In this document: positions 11,403 to 24,517 of the stretch, one piece after another | Numbering within the stretch: the first letter of the stretch is position 1 | Layout of the letters: the number at the start of each line of letters is the position of its first letter | Origin: Oopsacas minuta | Taxonomy: Eukaryota > Animalia > Porifera | Assembly (NCBI GenBank): GCA_024704765.1 | Contig: JAKMXF010000332.1 | Span: 602,018 to 666,017 of the forward strand | Length of the DNA stretch: 64,000 nucleotides | Direction: 5' to 3' | The notes under the pieces: generated by a model | What the model saw: the letters and a program-made list of their open reading frames with translations, nothing else | Databases searched by the model: none | Told to the model about the DNA's origin: nothing | Made by a program: the position numbers and the translations under genes

Positions 11403-14400
11403 ATCTAATCGAACTTTCAAATCCACCAACAAATTCGGTTTGGCACAGGAATGCTGGAAATATACCTCTGGTCCTCACATCAAAATTTCTTCCTCATTTG
11501 ACAGTTTCGTGCTATGTCAGCTAAGGGTAAGAAATTGCACATTCTCCCTCAGAAATGCACTGTAACTGCGAAGAATCATTGGATAACATTAACTGGACGA
11601 TTTAATGCAAATTTGCTCCCGACAGGGACGATTCTGCACCGAGAACATTGTGAAAAGATGTAAATTTCAATCTTTCAAAAGAATGGACCCTGCTCGCACT
11701 TCAAAATTGATCCAGGAATGGTATCGATTAAATCTTCCTAGCTACTGGGCGAAAGAAACTTGGCCAGGCAATCCCTGATCTATTCCCATTGAAATTAAGG
11801 CAATCGTTAAGCAGACCTATCACTGATTTCGTCAGTGACACATCTGACAATGCTAGAAATATTCTCAAAAATGTGTGGTCTGATATCAGTCCTGGCTTAC
11901 TCTAACGATTGTTCGATGGGAGATCAGACAGAATGAGGAAGTATTTAGATGTGAAAGGAGGGTGTATTGGGTAAATTAAACCCCAATGTCACTTTATATG
12001 GTCTTTATTACATGCAACACTAAAAACTTTCGGCACATACTCTACAATATAGAAATCAATTGTCATTTGTTATATTGGCTAACGTATCCCTAGTCCAAAT
12101 TCCACAAGTTCCTGTTGGGCTTTATGTATAATAGGTTATTGTATAGTTTAAAGGTCGCATGCTCGCAACGGGTTTATATTTTTGGCCTGATCCCGGCCCG
12201 AATTTACTATAACCATATACATTACTTCATAGAATAATGTTTAGAAGTCTAAAATGGGACTCTAAAGTTGAGACACAAATTTGAAATTTGGTGCATTCAT
12301 AGATTTGTTGTATGTGTTTCGTTTTAATATATGTACCAGTTTCAACTATACAGATGAATGTCTTCATGGTCATCCATTCATCAAAGATGGAGTATTATGT
12401 GTTTTGCCAGAATTTTGAAATTTATTCACATATTTCATCTGGACCCTTTACTGAATATTGCTGAAGTTCTTGGTGATAATACGCTTGAACGGATTGGGTC
12501 ATGATAAATCAATACGTTAACATACGGGGGTGTAAAAATGGAAAATTCAAATTTTTGTTGTAAAATTGACATATAGGCATCCCTAATTATAAATGAAGGA
12601 CATTATACTGATTTTGAGTTGAAAATCGAAAGCTAGGTAGCAGATACCCAGTATGTTATTTTTAGCTTCCCATCATCCCGGAATACAAAAAATATGAGCC
12701 ACACAAAATGTTGAAGATCCAAATCGGGAGAATGTTTTGAATAATGGGAATTTTGAAGGGGTGTAATTTGTAAACGTATCGAATAATTGTTTAATATTCT
12801 GATTGAATTCTTTTATTCCATTTGGAAGTGGTTTAATGAAATTCAAGCCAAAACTGGGATGGTCACTTGAAGAGGTATGGCGTTTTGGTATTGAATGACC
12901 CTATACGGTTTCTATTCTTATATCTAATTTGTGTTTCGCTTAAACAGTCACTCTACTAAGACTCTCAAAATAATTGTGCTCAATTGGGGGCGAATCATCT
13001 AAATTCCGAATTGTACTTGATTGAACACGATGATCATAACATAGGAAATATTTAACAAATTAGGTAATTATTTAACGAATAACTTATAAATAGCTTAACC
13101 ATGTCATAGTACAGTTTTTGTGTTGCTTTTCTAGCTTCGAAGAGAGGTCATTTTTTTGAGATGAATGAAAGTTAACTTCTCCCCTCATTCGAAAATGTCA
13201 CTTAAATTAAATTTGTGGTTTTTGTATAACATCACCTGTACTATACTCAGCTTATATATAAGGAATCTCTAACCAAGTCGAAACGTTAATTATTCTATTG
13301 TTTTTATTGTGCCGACTATACTTTAAAATAGTGGCTTATTATGGAAATGGTTGCCTATTGGATTTGTTTTGTTTGTTTTGAGACTTTTTGGGTTATATAT
13401 TGGATGTGTTTGCTTAATTTAGAAGTACAAATCAGGTTGTACCTTGTTCTTTACATCTTCAACCATAATTACATTTATCAAAGGTGTGAAATATGAACGT
13501 ATAATTTTCAAAAGTTTATATTTCACACCTTTGAGGTAAAATGTAATTGTGATTTGACACTTTTTTTTAATTTAATTAGAGCTGGGTTATCAATCTTTTC
13601 CAACCTATCGATCCTATTTTGTGGGTTGTGCCTTAGATTTTTTGATTGTATTTTTGGATATACATATCTTTGGATTGTTCACTGCACACGAAACTAAACC
13701 TATTCACGGTCTAGAATTACCTGGGCCATGGCTACTTCAAGTCTAGTAATTTTTTTCAATTTTATTTTAATAACAATATAATTGGTAGATTTGGCTCGAA
13801 TATTCGCATCATTGATAATTATTCATTGTTACAGGCCATGTCATCCAAAATTACCAGTTTGGAATGACGTTATCTGTTTTGTTTACAGGGCAATATGTTG
13901 ATCACTATGCACCATTTTTATAGCTCTGATGATCGACACTACTACATCTTAGATTCCAGAATAAATGTCAAATGTTCTTAGGATGTCTTTACATAAATTT
14001 TGCAATTGTGAAGTTGTCAAGTTATTGAGTTATACTAGGTACCATAGATGGTGCATGTTTGGGAATATCCTCTTATAACTAGATAGTCGCTAGAGTTTTG
14101 ATCAAATTACTCCGAGCAATATGTACTATATACCCAATTTCCTATACCCTTGTAATATATATTTATACGATCTTAAAGCAATAGTAGGTAATCCTGATAA
14201 TTACCAAATATGAGCATATTCACAATTGCGTCACATCGGTTTGAGATAGCATATCAAAATGTATTACAAGAGTATGAGAAGTTGGGTAATTAGTGCATAC
14301 ATATTTGTTATTTGAGTCTCTAGCTACTATTGAGTTATTATCGGGTTTTACCAAATAAGTGCCATATATGGTATCTAATGTAACTCAGTTTGTTACAACT

Positions 14401-15646
14401 TTATTTTTATCACATTTTGTAATTTATGCATAAACATCCTTAGATCACTTGATATTATTTCTGGAATCAAAGGCTCACTATGATCGTTTATCAGAGTTTT
14501 CTAAACATCTAAGGATGTCAGAAATATCGCAACTTCCAACTATTTGCCACTGTGAAACACTAACAAAAAGTGATGTAAAACACCAATAATCACAGACCAC
14601 GAAACTAATGCCTATTGACGATATTTAAACGAGGATTCTTTCAAGTCTATTAAATTTGATTTGCAATTTATTTTTGCCGATGGAATAAATCGGTGCATTT
14701 TGCTCGAATAATTGTATCATTGATAGTTAATAATTTACACAAGCCATGTTATCCAACTATTCTCAGTTTGAAATGAAGTAATCTGTTTGAGTAAAAGGCC
14801 GATTTGTTGTAAGAATGCATATGTATAGAATTAATTTTATTAATTCAGAATATTCCATTTCCTAGAAAACCGGGTCATTAAAAATTGGGCGGAAATATCT
14901 CCGCCTTTCATTCAAGGTCCTGAATCTTATAGTGACCAGTTAGTTTTTACAAATGTATAGAAAGCTAAATATATTGGCTTTAATATTTTATGATTTCTAG
15001 ATGCGCCCAAAGGTGCACAAAATACACTTAGTTCTTTGTCTGCATATCACTTCTAGACTTTAGAAATTGGCTCAGTTTTAAATATATGGGTATTTGGATA
15101 AATTCGACTAAATATGGATGATCTGGGAGCAAATTGTGTTAGAATGAGCATGGATTTCTTCTATACATTTCAAAACCCTTTACCAAGCTGGCAATTCACC
15201 ATAGAGTTTGTGTAATAAATCTGGAAAGCATATGAATATGTTACATACTATGAAAACGAACTGTATCTGATTTTATATCTATTAGCTATTTTACCTTACC
15301 AATACATGTTCTAAGCTAACATCGTTGATCTTCTCATAATACAAGAGCGTGGAGATCTCTAGGTGGAAACTCTGATTAGCGAATATTCACCACATTAGTA
15401 ATTCATTTTTATAACTCATGGGTTTCCAAAATTCATGTATTATCAAACCATTGACGTTAGATGTTGTACATTTTTAGGAAATCACTAAACTTTATTAACT
15501 TATAATCGTTTTCCTATCGATTTCTTTGCTTCGATTTACTATATACACTTAGCTTCAAACGCAATGGTGCTACCTACATGCCCATTTTCCCAAAAGTGCC
15601 TGTTTTTGCCCACTGCGTGTTTAATAACACAATTCCATATTCATGG

Positions 15647-15873
15647 AGGGTTGCCAACCCTTTCCAATATAATTGAAAATCAAATTAATCAATTCATATT
15701 TTGGAAGCGTATAATTCATATTGATGATCGATAATCCGGTACTGCTATTCAATCGAAGAATTTAAAGTAATCCAATCCAAGATAATCTAGGCAATCCCAA
15801 TCGACAATCCAATTGAAGAATATCAAACAATCGGCAATTGAAAATTGTTCGATTGGATTGGATTGGCAATCCT
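15647..15873. mobile_element. Possible MITE with 11-bp TIR-like ends and internal CAATC/GATTG repeats
   Basis: AGGGTTGCCAA ... TTGGCAATCCT (10/11 match); many CAATC motifs inside; no matching TSD. Confidence 0.35.
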
Positions 15874-16545
15874 TGTTTATTTATATATAGTACCTAAGTG
15901 GTTTAATACGTCTTGAAGAGGTATTACGTATAATCCCTATTTATAGTACGTATTATTTGTTCAATCTAGGTTTCTTCTCCGTTTCTTCTACTGCGCTGAT
16001 TTCTACAATTGATATTTTACATGGAAACATTAGTTTCGAATTGATAATCCGAATTATCTGTAAAGTTAACCAATTTACACACCCTGCCCAGAAGTATTGG
16101 AACACACTACCACTTGTGACCGGGGCCGTCGGAAGCTGGGCGGCCTTAGCCGCTCCACTTTCTATCGGCCTCCTACGTCCTTGTTTGTGACGAAAGTGTC
16201 GCATTGCGAGAATTCGTTGAATATTCGTTAGCTATAGCAGAGAGTAAAGAACAAATGCCTTTTCTCAGTGTTTATGATTGAATTATATCCAAAATGTCAA
16301 TAGATTTTCAATTAATACAACTAAATTGCAAAGTATAATTGTGCCAGTGTGTTCAATGCTTTTGGCTATGGAATATAAATCCTACTTTCTACAATTGGGA
16401 TGTATATAGTTATAGCCTTCTATACTTAAGGCCTAACATTTAATTATGTATTTTGGACCAGGGATGCTCGTGTCGATCCCACTTCTTCATTGAAAATTTA
16501 TGATCTTTCCATTTTCTAAACTATTTATGTGATTCTAGAGATTGG

Positions 16546-16797
16546 ATGTCTTATTTGGATTCTATCTGTTCAGCTGTTCATCATAATTCCCATGGTTGGG
16601 GTCCAAATACCTCAGACATCTCTTTTAAACATTTACATTTTGTTAATAGTTCTCCTGACTTGATTGTAACAAAGGCAGATCAATTAGGGCATACTTCTGA
16701 CTGGTCTTATGGTCTAACTCAAGACAGGAGAACAGGAAGTCAATTCAATGGCAGGTCAAAACCAAATGATCAGTTAGCTACTATGAAAGCTTTTGAA
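16546..16797 (+). CDS. EIF3D: eIF3 subunit D, coding exon 1 (84 codons)
   Basis: MSYLDSICSAVHHNSHGWGP...TKADQLGHTSDWS...QDRR matches the eIF3d N-terminus as recalled from human (IQDNPSGWGP...FSKGDRLGKVADWT...QDKR). Ends at a phase-0 donor GAA|GTAAAT. Confidence 0.85.
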
Positions 16798-19499
16798 GTA
16801 AATACCATTTTAGTATATATTTAACTATTGTGACTTCGTATGTTCCTAGCGTAGCCCTTTTCCATATTGAGAGATGCTAATAGGCAAGGAAAGAGCGTTT
16901 AGCCATTAATTCATTCAGTATTTTTTACACAACGATTTTTAAAGCGCTCATGCATGGCATTTGATACACTAAGGCATGAGTCGGAAACATTCGGCACTTT
17001 AGCCCCTCTCTACTGGCTTCCTTGTGTCTTTGTCTACATATATTTTAAGTAATTGAAAAAGTTCATATTTAGCAATTACTATGTTATTTATTAGGGCTCT
17101 CGACCTACAACCTTAGAACCGTGACCAGTTGTGTACACGTTGCTTCGTTACTCGGTAACGGGTAATGAAAGCGAAAAGGAAACTGCAACTGAAACCGAAA
17201 CGTAATAGTTCTGCCAACTGAAAAGAAATCGCTATTATTATAGTTTCGGTAGTTGTAGCCCAATTTGTAACTTTCCCATCTTAGCCATAGTGATTCCAAT
17301 TCAAACTCACTATACTATATCATAGTCAGCACACTAAAGCGAAATGTATTAGCAATATAAAACTTTACAGTACGTGATGCGACTTTTGTATAGGTTACCG
17401 ACCACTGGCTAAGGCAATGACACTCACTCAAAATTATTTGACTATGGATTGGTTAGTGTGATATTGGTAGAGTCCAGTTCATTTATTTTCCATGTTTTTT
17501 ACTCTTGTCCAAGGATATATTATTAAGTGTATAATCGCCATCCCTACGTGATGAATTTTTGTAGTTGGCCATGATGTGGATATCCACAAGAATAGTCAAA
17601 TTATGGATTTTGGATCACCTTAACATCTATAATTTAGCTAAATACCCATTTATATCTTAAAGACATATTACGCATTTATTAAGTTTGTTTCTTACGAAAA
17701 ACATACCATAACAGCTGTAATATGTGAAAAATACTATAATCCATTATATAATGGATATCGTGAAATGCTAGAGGCACATAGATATTTGAGCCTAAATATC
17801 ACTAAATCAAATAAATTTTGAATGGGATATACTATTGACGGGGCCAAGAATCAACGAACAAAAATTGGTAAATCCAATAAATCGCTCTATCTATTATTTA
17901 TTGTATTTTGGGGCCGTAGGGCACATTCTAGCAAAATCGTGTTAAAGGCCATTTACAGGTCCGATATTTGTAAAACTGGACTGACCTAGCGACGTTGAAC
18001 AAGGGTTACTCGGTGAGATAGGACACCATTTGAGATTCCAATATAAATGTCGTTTAACTGGAGATTCTGGAGTTAATATGGAGATCCACTCAAACGACTC
18101 TTTTTCCATTGATATTTGATTATTATAATACCCCCTTATGTTGTTGGTTGAGACTAAAAATTTACAAGAACTTGAATGAAGGTGGCCCAAAATTGTCCTG
18201 CTTATAGAAGCTCCCTATTTATAAATACCCCACTTATAGAAGATGCACTGTCTACATAAAACAAAGGGGGCCGGAACTTATTATGGTCAAGGTTAGCGGA
18301 AAACAATTTGAAACTCTTATTGATACTTTAATCGCTATAAATCTTATACTAGAAACCTTTGAGTTGTCCACATCAAATTTCTAGCTATTTTCATATTCAC
18401 TATTATATTAGCCCATTAGTGTTATCTGCTACTTCGTTCTTAGATGAATTATTTGCTTAATTGACGGATACACTGAGTCATTAGCCGCTAGGGCGGTACT
18501 ACTTTGGTTGAATTTTACATATTCAAATTTGAATACGCTAAAGCATTCTAAATTGAGGATTGGGGACAGGTGGGCAAATCGTGACGGCTTTGAAATGGCT
18601 TCAGAGGACCGGGAATTTCCCTCGAACAGGGCCCCACATACCTAAATCCGGCACTGTGATTAATGCTACTATTACTAACGAATTCTTCTCCAATTTAGCA
18701 AATTCTCTCTCTGAAATCACTCGAATAAAACAAATCAATGCTAAACGAAAGGATGAGTTGAAGTAATTCAAAACCCACCAGTGTATTATCGATAAATTCA
18801 TACGGAAAAATTAACAGCAATTATTTAATTATATACTAAGACATTAAAATATAAACTGCCATTCTATATTGGCCTTGTATTCGGTAAGTTGCATAGCTAT
18901 ACTATTTATTAGGCTATGCGGGGCACGAATTGCACAGATTACTGTCCAAAAGCAACGTAGAAGCTCCAGGATCAACAAAGAAGGCGATTAAATGAAATTT
19001 GGGTGACCATGGATAATTAATTGCTAATCAAGAGTGTTTACAATTTCATAATACGTATGAATTACAGTGTTTATAAAATTAAAGACAGTGAGTTGCGGGG
19101 CCTCCTAAATGTGGGGGCCCTGTTCGGCCGCACACTCCGAACACTCCTAAATCTTTTACTGATTAATCATCGAGCGATTTTGCTAGAGTGTGTAGAGCAA
19201 ATGTAATGAGTATCCCAATCCTGCGAGATTTCATGGAGCAACCTGTGACCTAAGATTTTTTATGAAACTTCAAGATATCGTATTTGAGATTCATAAGTGT
19301 CTAATATAGCGATAGCTGTATGAATGTAATTGTTGAGAGCAGATGGTGGTAAGGTCATGCCATGGTTTAGTGGTTGTATCTAGTTATTGGTTGCAGGATC
19401 CTGCTTAGCTTTCCTTCACATTCAGTACAACTTACTTATTTCAGCAAAGAATAGGAAATATATCCTGCAACACAAGTGGTAACTTCTGCGGTATCGCTC

Positions 19500-21376
19500 G
19501 ATAATAAAATATATTCATGGGCCTCAGGGCTAGCATCTGATATTAATTTTGAGATTTGTTCATCATCCAATTCATCAGAGTATGTTTGTTCTTGAGAAAA
19601 GATTTCAAGAAAATTATCAACTCGGAGCGCATAACTTCAATTTAACTAACCAGAAATCGACCACCATTCATCTGTCTATATTGAAAAAATCCCTCTCAAG
19701 AGGATCAGTTTGCAATCTGCCTGTGAGTATATACTAATATCCAGCTGATAGGAGCTCAGGGCTTAGGTCAGCGACACGATTGATTAATGTAAAGCTTTTG
19801 CTTGGAAAGTCCGATGAATTCATTAATTGCTCGAAGAAAATCTATTTTGTCATGCGATACAAGAGCGATTCCTATTCGCGATGGGTGGAAACGTTCCTTA
19901 GCATTGACTACTAGCCACCAGACATGAATAAGTTAGAGTTATGTGATGGTAATGTACTCTTCGGGGAAATACCTACGAATCGCAGAAGTGATAGATTAAG
20001 ATACATTTGGCATTTTCTTAATAAGCATTAAAGGTTAAATCAAGTGTGTGTACTCGGTGACGATGAGAACAGATAACGAACCTTGGAGGAATGTTGGAAA
20101 CTGTATCTTGTAAGTTAAAGAGAAATTGTGGAACCTGGAAAAATCTAGAAGATATAAGTTTATTTCGAATATTCTTTACTAAATGTACCGTTCGAACATT
20201 AAGAAAATATGCTGAGCAAAATTTGATGGGTTCTTGATGCAATATTATCTATTATCAAGAGGCAAATTCTTTACCAAGACCTTATATGCTTCACGTTAGT
20301 TGAATGGTTGTCTTCGATTACTCCTCGAACGTGAAAATTCCAATCGTTTAGGGGTGAAATGCAGTTCAAGATTCCAATGTAAATATCTAGGAAAGTAAGT
20401 CTTACAATAGGTAACGCTTTTATAACATAAGGGATAGTTTTCTTAAACGAAACGACCATGAATCATAATATGCTCTTGTACATGTTTAGATCACTGTCAC
20501 TTCCGATTACACTTTTCCATCGAATTGGACTTGAGTTTGAAGATATATTCATCTAGTTGTATAACGACATCATTTCCAAATAGTGATTTATATCTAAGTG
20601 TGCAGAGAGCTTTACTCCTATCGATTGTGCTTGAGTTAAGCTTCTTGAGTAAACGTTTACCAGGCAAGGGTATCAATTTGTTGAGAAGTTTGTAAGCAGA
20701 ATTAGAAGTATACCAGAGCAGGAAAGAAAATCTTAAACCACTGAATGGTAGTGTCGGCCAAGGGGATGATTTAAGGGTAACTTTATCAACTCTTTCAATA
20801 TTTCGATAGGGTAGCGTGTGATGCATTTCAACAGTAGTTTGGAAGGTTGGTGAGTAGCCTAAGGAAGTCAATTTGCTTCCAGCTACTGTGGTTATATAGT
20901 CAGGATGGGAAGAGGAGATGATTCAAAACTGAGTATTATATGCAAATCATTCGTTACATGTACACACTCTTGAACAACGGCTATTTCTGAGTCTATCTTA
21001 ACTCGATATGCAGTAACTCCAAATTCTGGAACATCAACAAGAAAGTTCCGGTATTCATCAGCTACTTTTAAATGGGAGACAACATTTTCCTTATAAACTA
21101 CTGTATATCTATCCTTGAAGAGAGACTGCTCATCTGTTTGAAAAACACGTAGTTTGGGAGATTTTCGTACTCTGATGGGAATTATAGATTGAAGGGAAAT
21201 GTAATTACTTTGGAAGTGATCGATACAAATTTTTGAACTCTCAGTTACGACAAAATTCTTACGGTTAACAAACTCAACGCACTTCGCACTTAAGGTAGCT
21301 TTTTCTGGGAATTGAAATAATGTTTTCCTGAGCAGTATCCAGTCTTGCAATCAACAACTGCACATTTAAAACCCAT
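19500..21376 (-). mobile_element. Degenerate P-element-superfamily (THAP9-like) transposase with N-terminal THAP domain
   Basis: MGFKCAVVDCKTGY from the ATG at 21376, then LFQFPE...KICIDHF (C2CH THAP), QLDE, VI.DNHSTNV, VHLVKNIRN and RLQTDPLER (Glu codon 19695-19697) followed by YRQMNGGRF. Many frameshifts; TIRs not identified. Confidence 0.85.
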
Positions 21377-21875
21377 TATGCAGTCGCGGTTTGTTGGTTA
21401 ATATCTAATATATACAGAATTTAGGAAGGATGAGATTAATTAGTGAAATAGCATGCGTCTGAGCATTATATTGTATAGGTATTGTGTTGGGAAGTAAAAT
21501 GAGTCTTTTGTTCAGTGCGATGACAGATAATACTTGGTGAGACTCTATTACGACGTTATTATATAGGAGAGTTTAATGAGTTATCATATTGGATTTATGA
21601 AACATAATCCCACATACATTCAATCACAGACTTACAATGCCTATAAAATCCCTTGTGGGGTGGGAAAGCAACTCTGAATTTCCTATGGCCTGTAAATGCC
21701 AAAATGATTACTGCCTATCGATTTGTCACTTGAGGTCGGACAACGAGAGGACACTTCTGATCAGGGGTCATCCATGCTTTGTTCTCTGCCTTTGTTAGAT
21801 GAGGATCAAAGAACACCCAACTCTACTCCTCAGTAGCCCAACACCTTAGAAGTTCGGCTATTGAGTATTTATCAA

Positions 21876-22304
21876 TCATCTTGACGATTTCTTGAGCACA
21901 TACACCCTAGAGTCCATGTTAGCCTTAGAAAGTAGGTGTGAGATCCAGACAGAGCAGACCTTTCTCAACCCTAGTACCTCAACTAAGATGCGTCTAACCG
22001 ATTCTCTACTAATCTCAGTTGCAACAGCCCGTATTCGAACTGACTGTTTGGGTTCAGCTTCAATTAATTGACGTATCTGATGAATATGGACGTCATCTGT
22101 CGAAGAACGAGGACGCCCCACTTGGGGATCGTCCTTTAACGAAAGTCTCTCCTCATTAACCCTCTGATACCATCTAACACAGTCGCTCTTGAAGGGATTC
22201 ATCGAATTTTTCTTCCAGAAGTTGATCATGTATTTCTGACCGGCTTTTACCCGCCTAAACTCGATAAATATGTAAGTCCTGAAATCTTTGTCTAAATTCA
22301 TCAA
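21876..22304 (-). mobile_element. Mariner transposase N-terminal (HTH) fragment
   Basis: LKDDPQVGRP, ISRESVRRILVEVLGLRKVCSVWISHLL (WVPHEL-like motif); catalytic domain absent. Confidence 0.75.
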
Positions 22305-22662
22305 AGCAGCAGGAGCATATTATTTATGAGCAAATATAGTGGATTACCAGAAAAGAAATGATATGAATTGTGTATAAACCGAATTAGGTACAATCTATTG
22401 CGTAGTCTTTACAGTTATGGGGGGATGACATATATACTTTGTGATTATGCTCAAGGTACACATCGAGTCTCATTACTTTTATGTCTCACCAAGTAATAGT
22501 AGAAGTAGGGAATTTAAATTCATTATTATGGTTAGGTATAAATACATGAATTGGCCTTCTATTTTGGCCTTGTATTCGGTAAGTTTCATCGTTGTATATT
22601 TTGCAGGCTATGGTGCCGAGTATTATAAAATTATTACAATTTTGATTTTTTTGTACCGTCAT

Positions 22663-22960
22663 GATGACATAATGATTCTATGATGAGTTAGCATTTCGTC
22701 AAGTGATGACGATTTGCCATGTTAAGGGGTATCGTGATTCATTTTTCCAAACTTATGTCATGTCTATTGGGTAAATAGTGGCCATTAAAGCGATTTTTCG
22801 TGAATACAATTGGGTGACAATTACCTTATTATTCCGTAATATGTGTGAATTTCGTCCAGGACTCGAACTTGTCCGAGCAGGCCCAAAATACCCCTATACC
22901 AAAAATCAACTCTGTGGGTCTTCCAGTTTAATCAATCAATCCTGGGCATACAAACATGAG
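22663..22960 (+). repeat. Helitron-like dispersed repeat, copy 2
   Basis: Aligns by eye with 7117-7360; runs directly into the tandem array. Confidence 0.55.
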
Positions 22961-22976
22961 AAATCGACTGTGAGGA

Positions 22977-23400
22977 AACGATTGGCTTTATCAACTCACT
23001 TGTAGGCCTTCGTTGGTTATGCTATAATGTCATTGTAGAATAATGCAGTTTGAATGGAGTGCTGAAATTGATATTTGAATGATAGGAAACAACTCAATCT
23101 GTATTCTTGAGCAATAAAGAATTGATCCTGACCGAACGATTGGCAGTGTTCACATATTGTTGGGCTTCGCTATTTCATGCTATGACGTCATTGCGAAACA
23201 TTGCAGTTTATAAAGAGTGCTGAAATGGGTATTTGAGTGATAAGAAACTTCTCAATCTGTATTATTACCTATGACAATGGATCGTCAGAAAACAACTGAA
23301 TCATCAAAACATTTGTATGGGTTCCCTATTTCATGATATGAAGTCATTTTAGTAAATGTTTGGATAGGGTTAATGTAAAAAGCAACTCAATTTGACTTAG
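22977..23400 (+). repeat. About 157-bp tandem repeat, 2 copies plus a partial third
   Basis: aacgattggc recurs at 22977 and 23135; ctatttcatg recurs at 23170 and 23326. Related monomers at about 3300-3410 (+) and 3630-3830 (-). Confidence 0.7.
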
Positions 23401-23407
23401 TAACTTA

Positions 23408-24517
23408 TACGAGGATATTAACTCGGATATATGTGTGTTTTCTATTTTTGTCCTGAATTTTTAATCTATATTTCGGAAATATATTTGCTGCAAATACCCG
23501 ATATACGAGTGGCACTTGGAAAGTTTTTAGCGACATAAACGTCTTCAAGATATTGAACTCAAATTTTATATCTTCTCCAAGTATTCACCTCTAGCTTCTA
23601 TACACTTTTTCATCCTTTCATACCACTTTTCTATCATATTACACCACTGAGATTTGGTTAGGGCATCAAGGTGTTCTTTATATACGTCGACGGCTTCACT
23701 AGAAGATGAAAAACGGGAACCACGCGTAAGATCTTTGACCTTTGCAAACACAAAGAAGTCACAGGGTGCAAGGTCAGGAGGATATGGCGGATGGCCAAGC
23801 ATTTGAATGGGTTTGTCGGCAAGAAAGTCTCGGGTTGCACCGGCTGTGTGAGAGCTGACATTATTGTGATGCAAAAGTACCCCACTAAGTCCTGACTTCG
23901 GACGCTGTTCGCAGAGGTTTTTAAAGCTTCTAGAAGGCAAACTGTACTATACCATCTAGCAGTACTGTTCTTTGTTCTGGCAACAGTATAGTTGGTACAA
24001 GACCTCATTTACTAACAAAAGTGGCAACCATTTGTTTTCCAGTTGCACGTGCACGCGCAACCTTTGTTGGGGCATCCTCGCCAGGAAACACCCAAACCCA
24101 AGATTGTGTCTCTTTCTCGGCTTATATGAATATATCCAAGTCTTATCGCCTGTAACTATCTGAGAAACTCTGCTAGACCTCCCCATATCGAATTTAACTA
24201 GCATAGATTTACACCAATCAATCCTGGCTTGCTTTGGTATCAGTCAGGAGATGTGGGATCCGCCGGCTGCTCACCTTATGTAGACCAAGATCTTCATGCA
24301 ATATCTTGTTCACTGCCCATGCTGAAATCCCTAGCGTGCTGTCCAAAAATTGAAAATTTCCAAATCTTGGGAAATTCTTTATACAAGGGGCACGAAGTGT
24401 TGAGATTACTAATCAAAAACTACATAAGAGCTCTAGTATACCACAGAAGGTCGTTCAATAGAATTTCTATGCATTATGGATATGAAAAATTATAATTTTT
24501 TAAAATCTAACCTCGAA
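23408..24517 (-). mobile_element. Degenerate mariner (DD34D-type) element
   Basis: RRIPHLL, IVTGDKTW, HHNNVSSHTA and HPPYPPDLAPCD. Left end TACGAGG at 23408; weak right-end match cctcg near 24515. Confidence 0.8.

Larger units (their letters stand above)
8950..12045 (+). mobile_element. Degenerate Tc1-like element interrupted by the hAT at 9132-11402
   Basis: Removing the hAT and one TSD copy restores KFLDDAPFDLIELSNPPTNSVW (first catalytic Asp region). Downstream pieces FQ.NG...RTSKLIQEW and WPGN-PDLFPIE lie near 11670-11790. Outer boundaries approximate. Confidence 0.6.

Noticed and set aside
15953-16204. Histone H3/CenH3-like N-terminal tail in the minus ORF
   Set aside because: Only a loose K/R/A/P bias; no histone-fold sequence follows under any splice I could construct.
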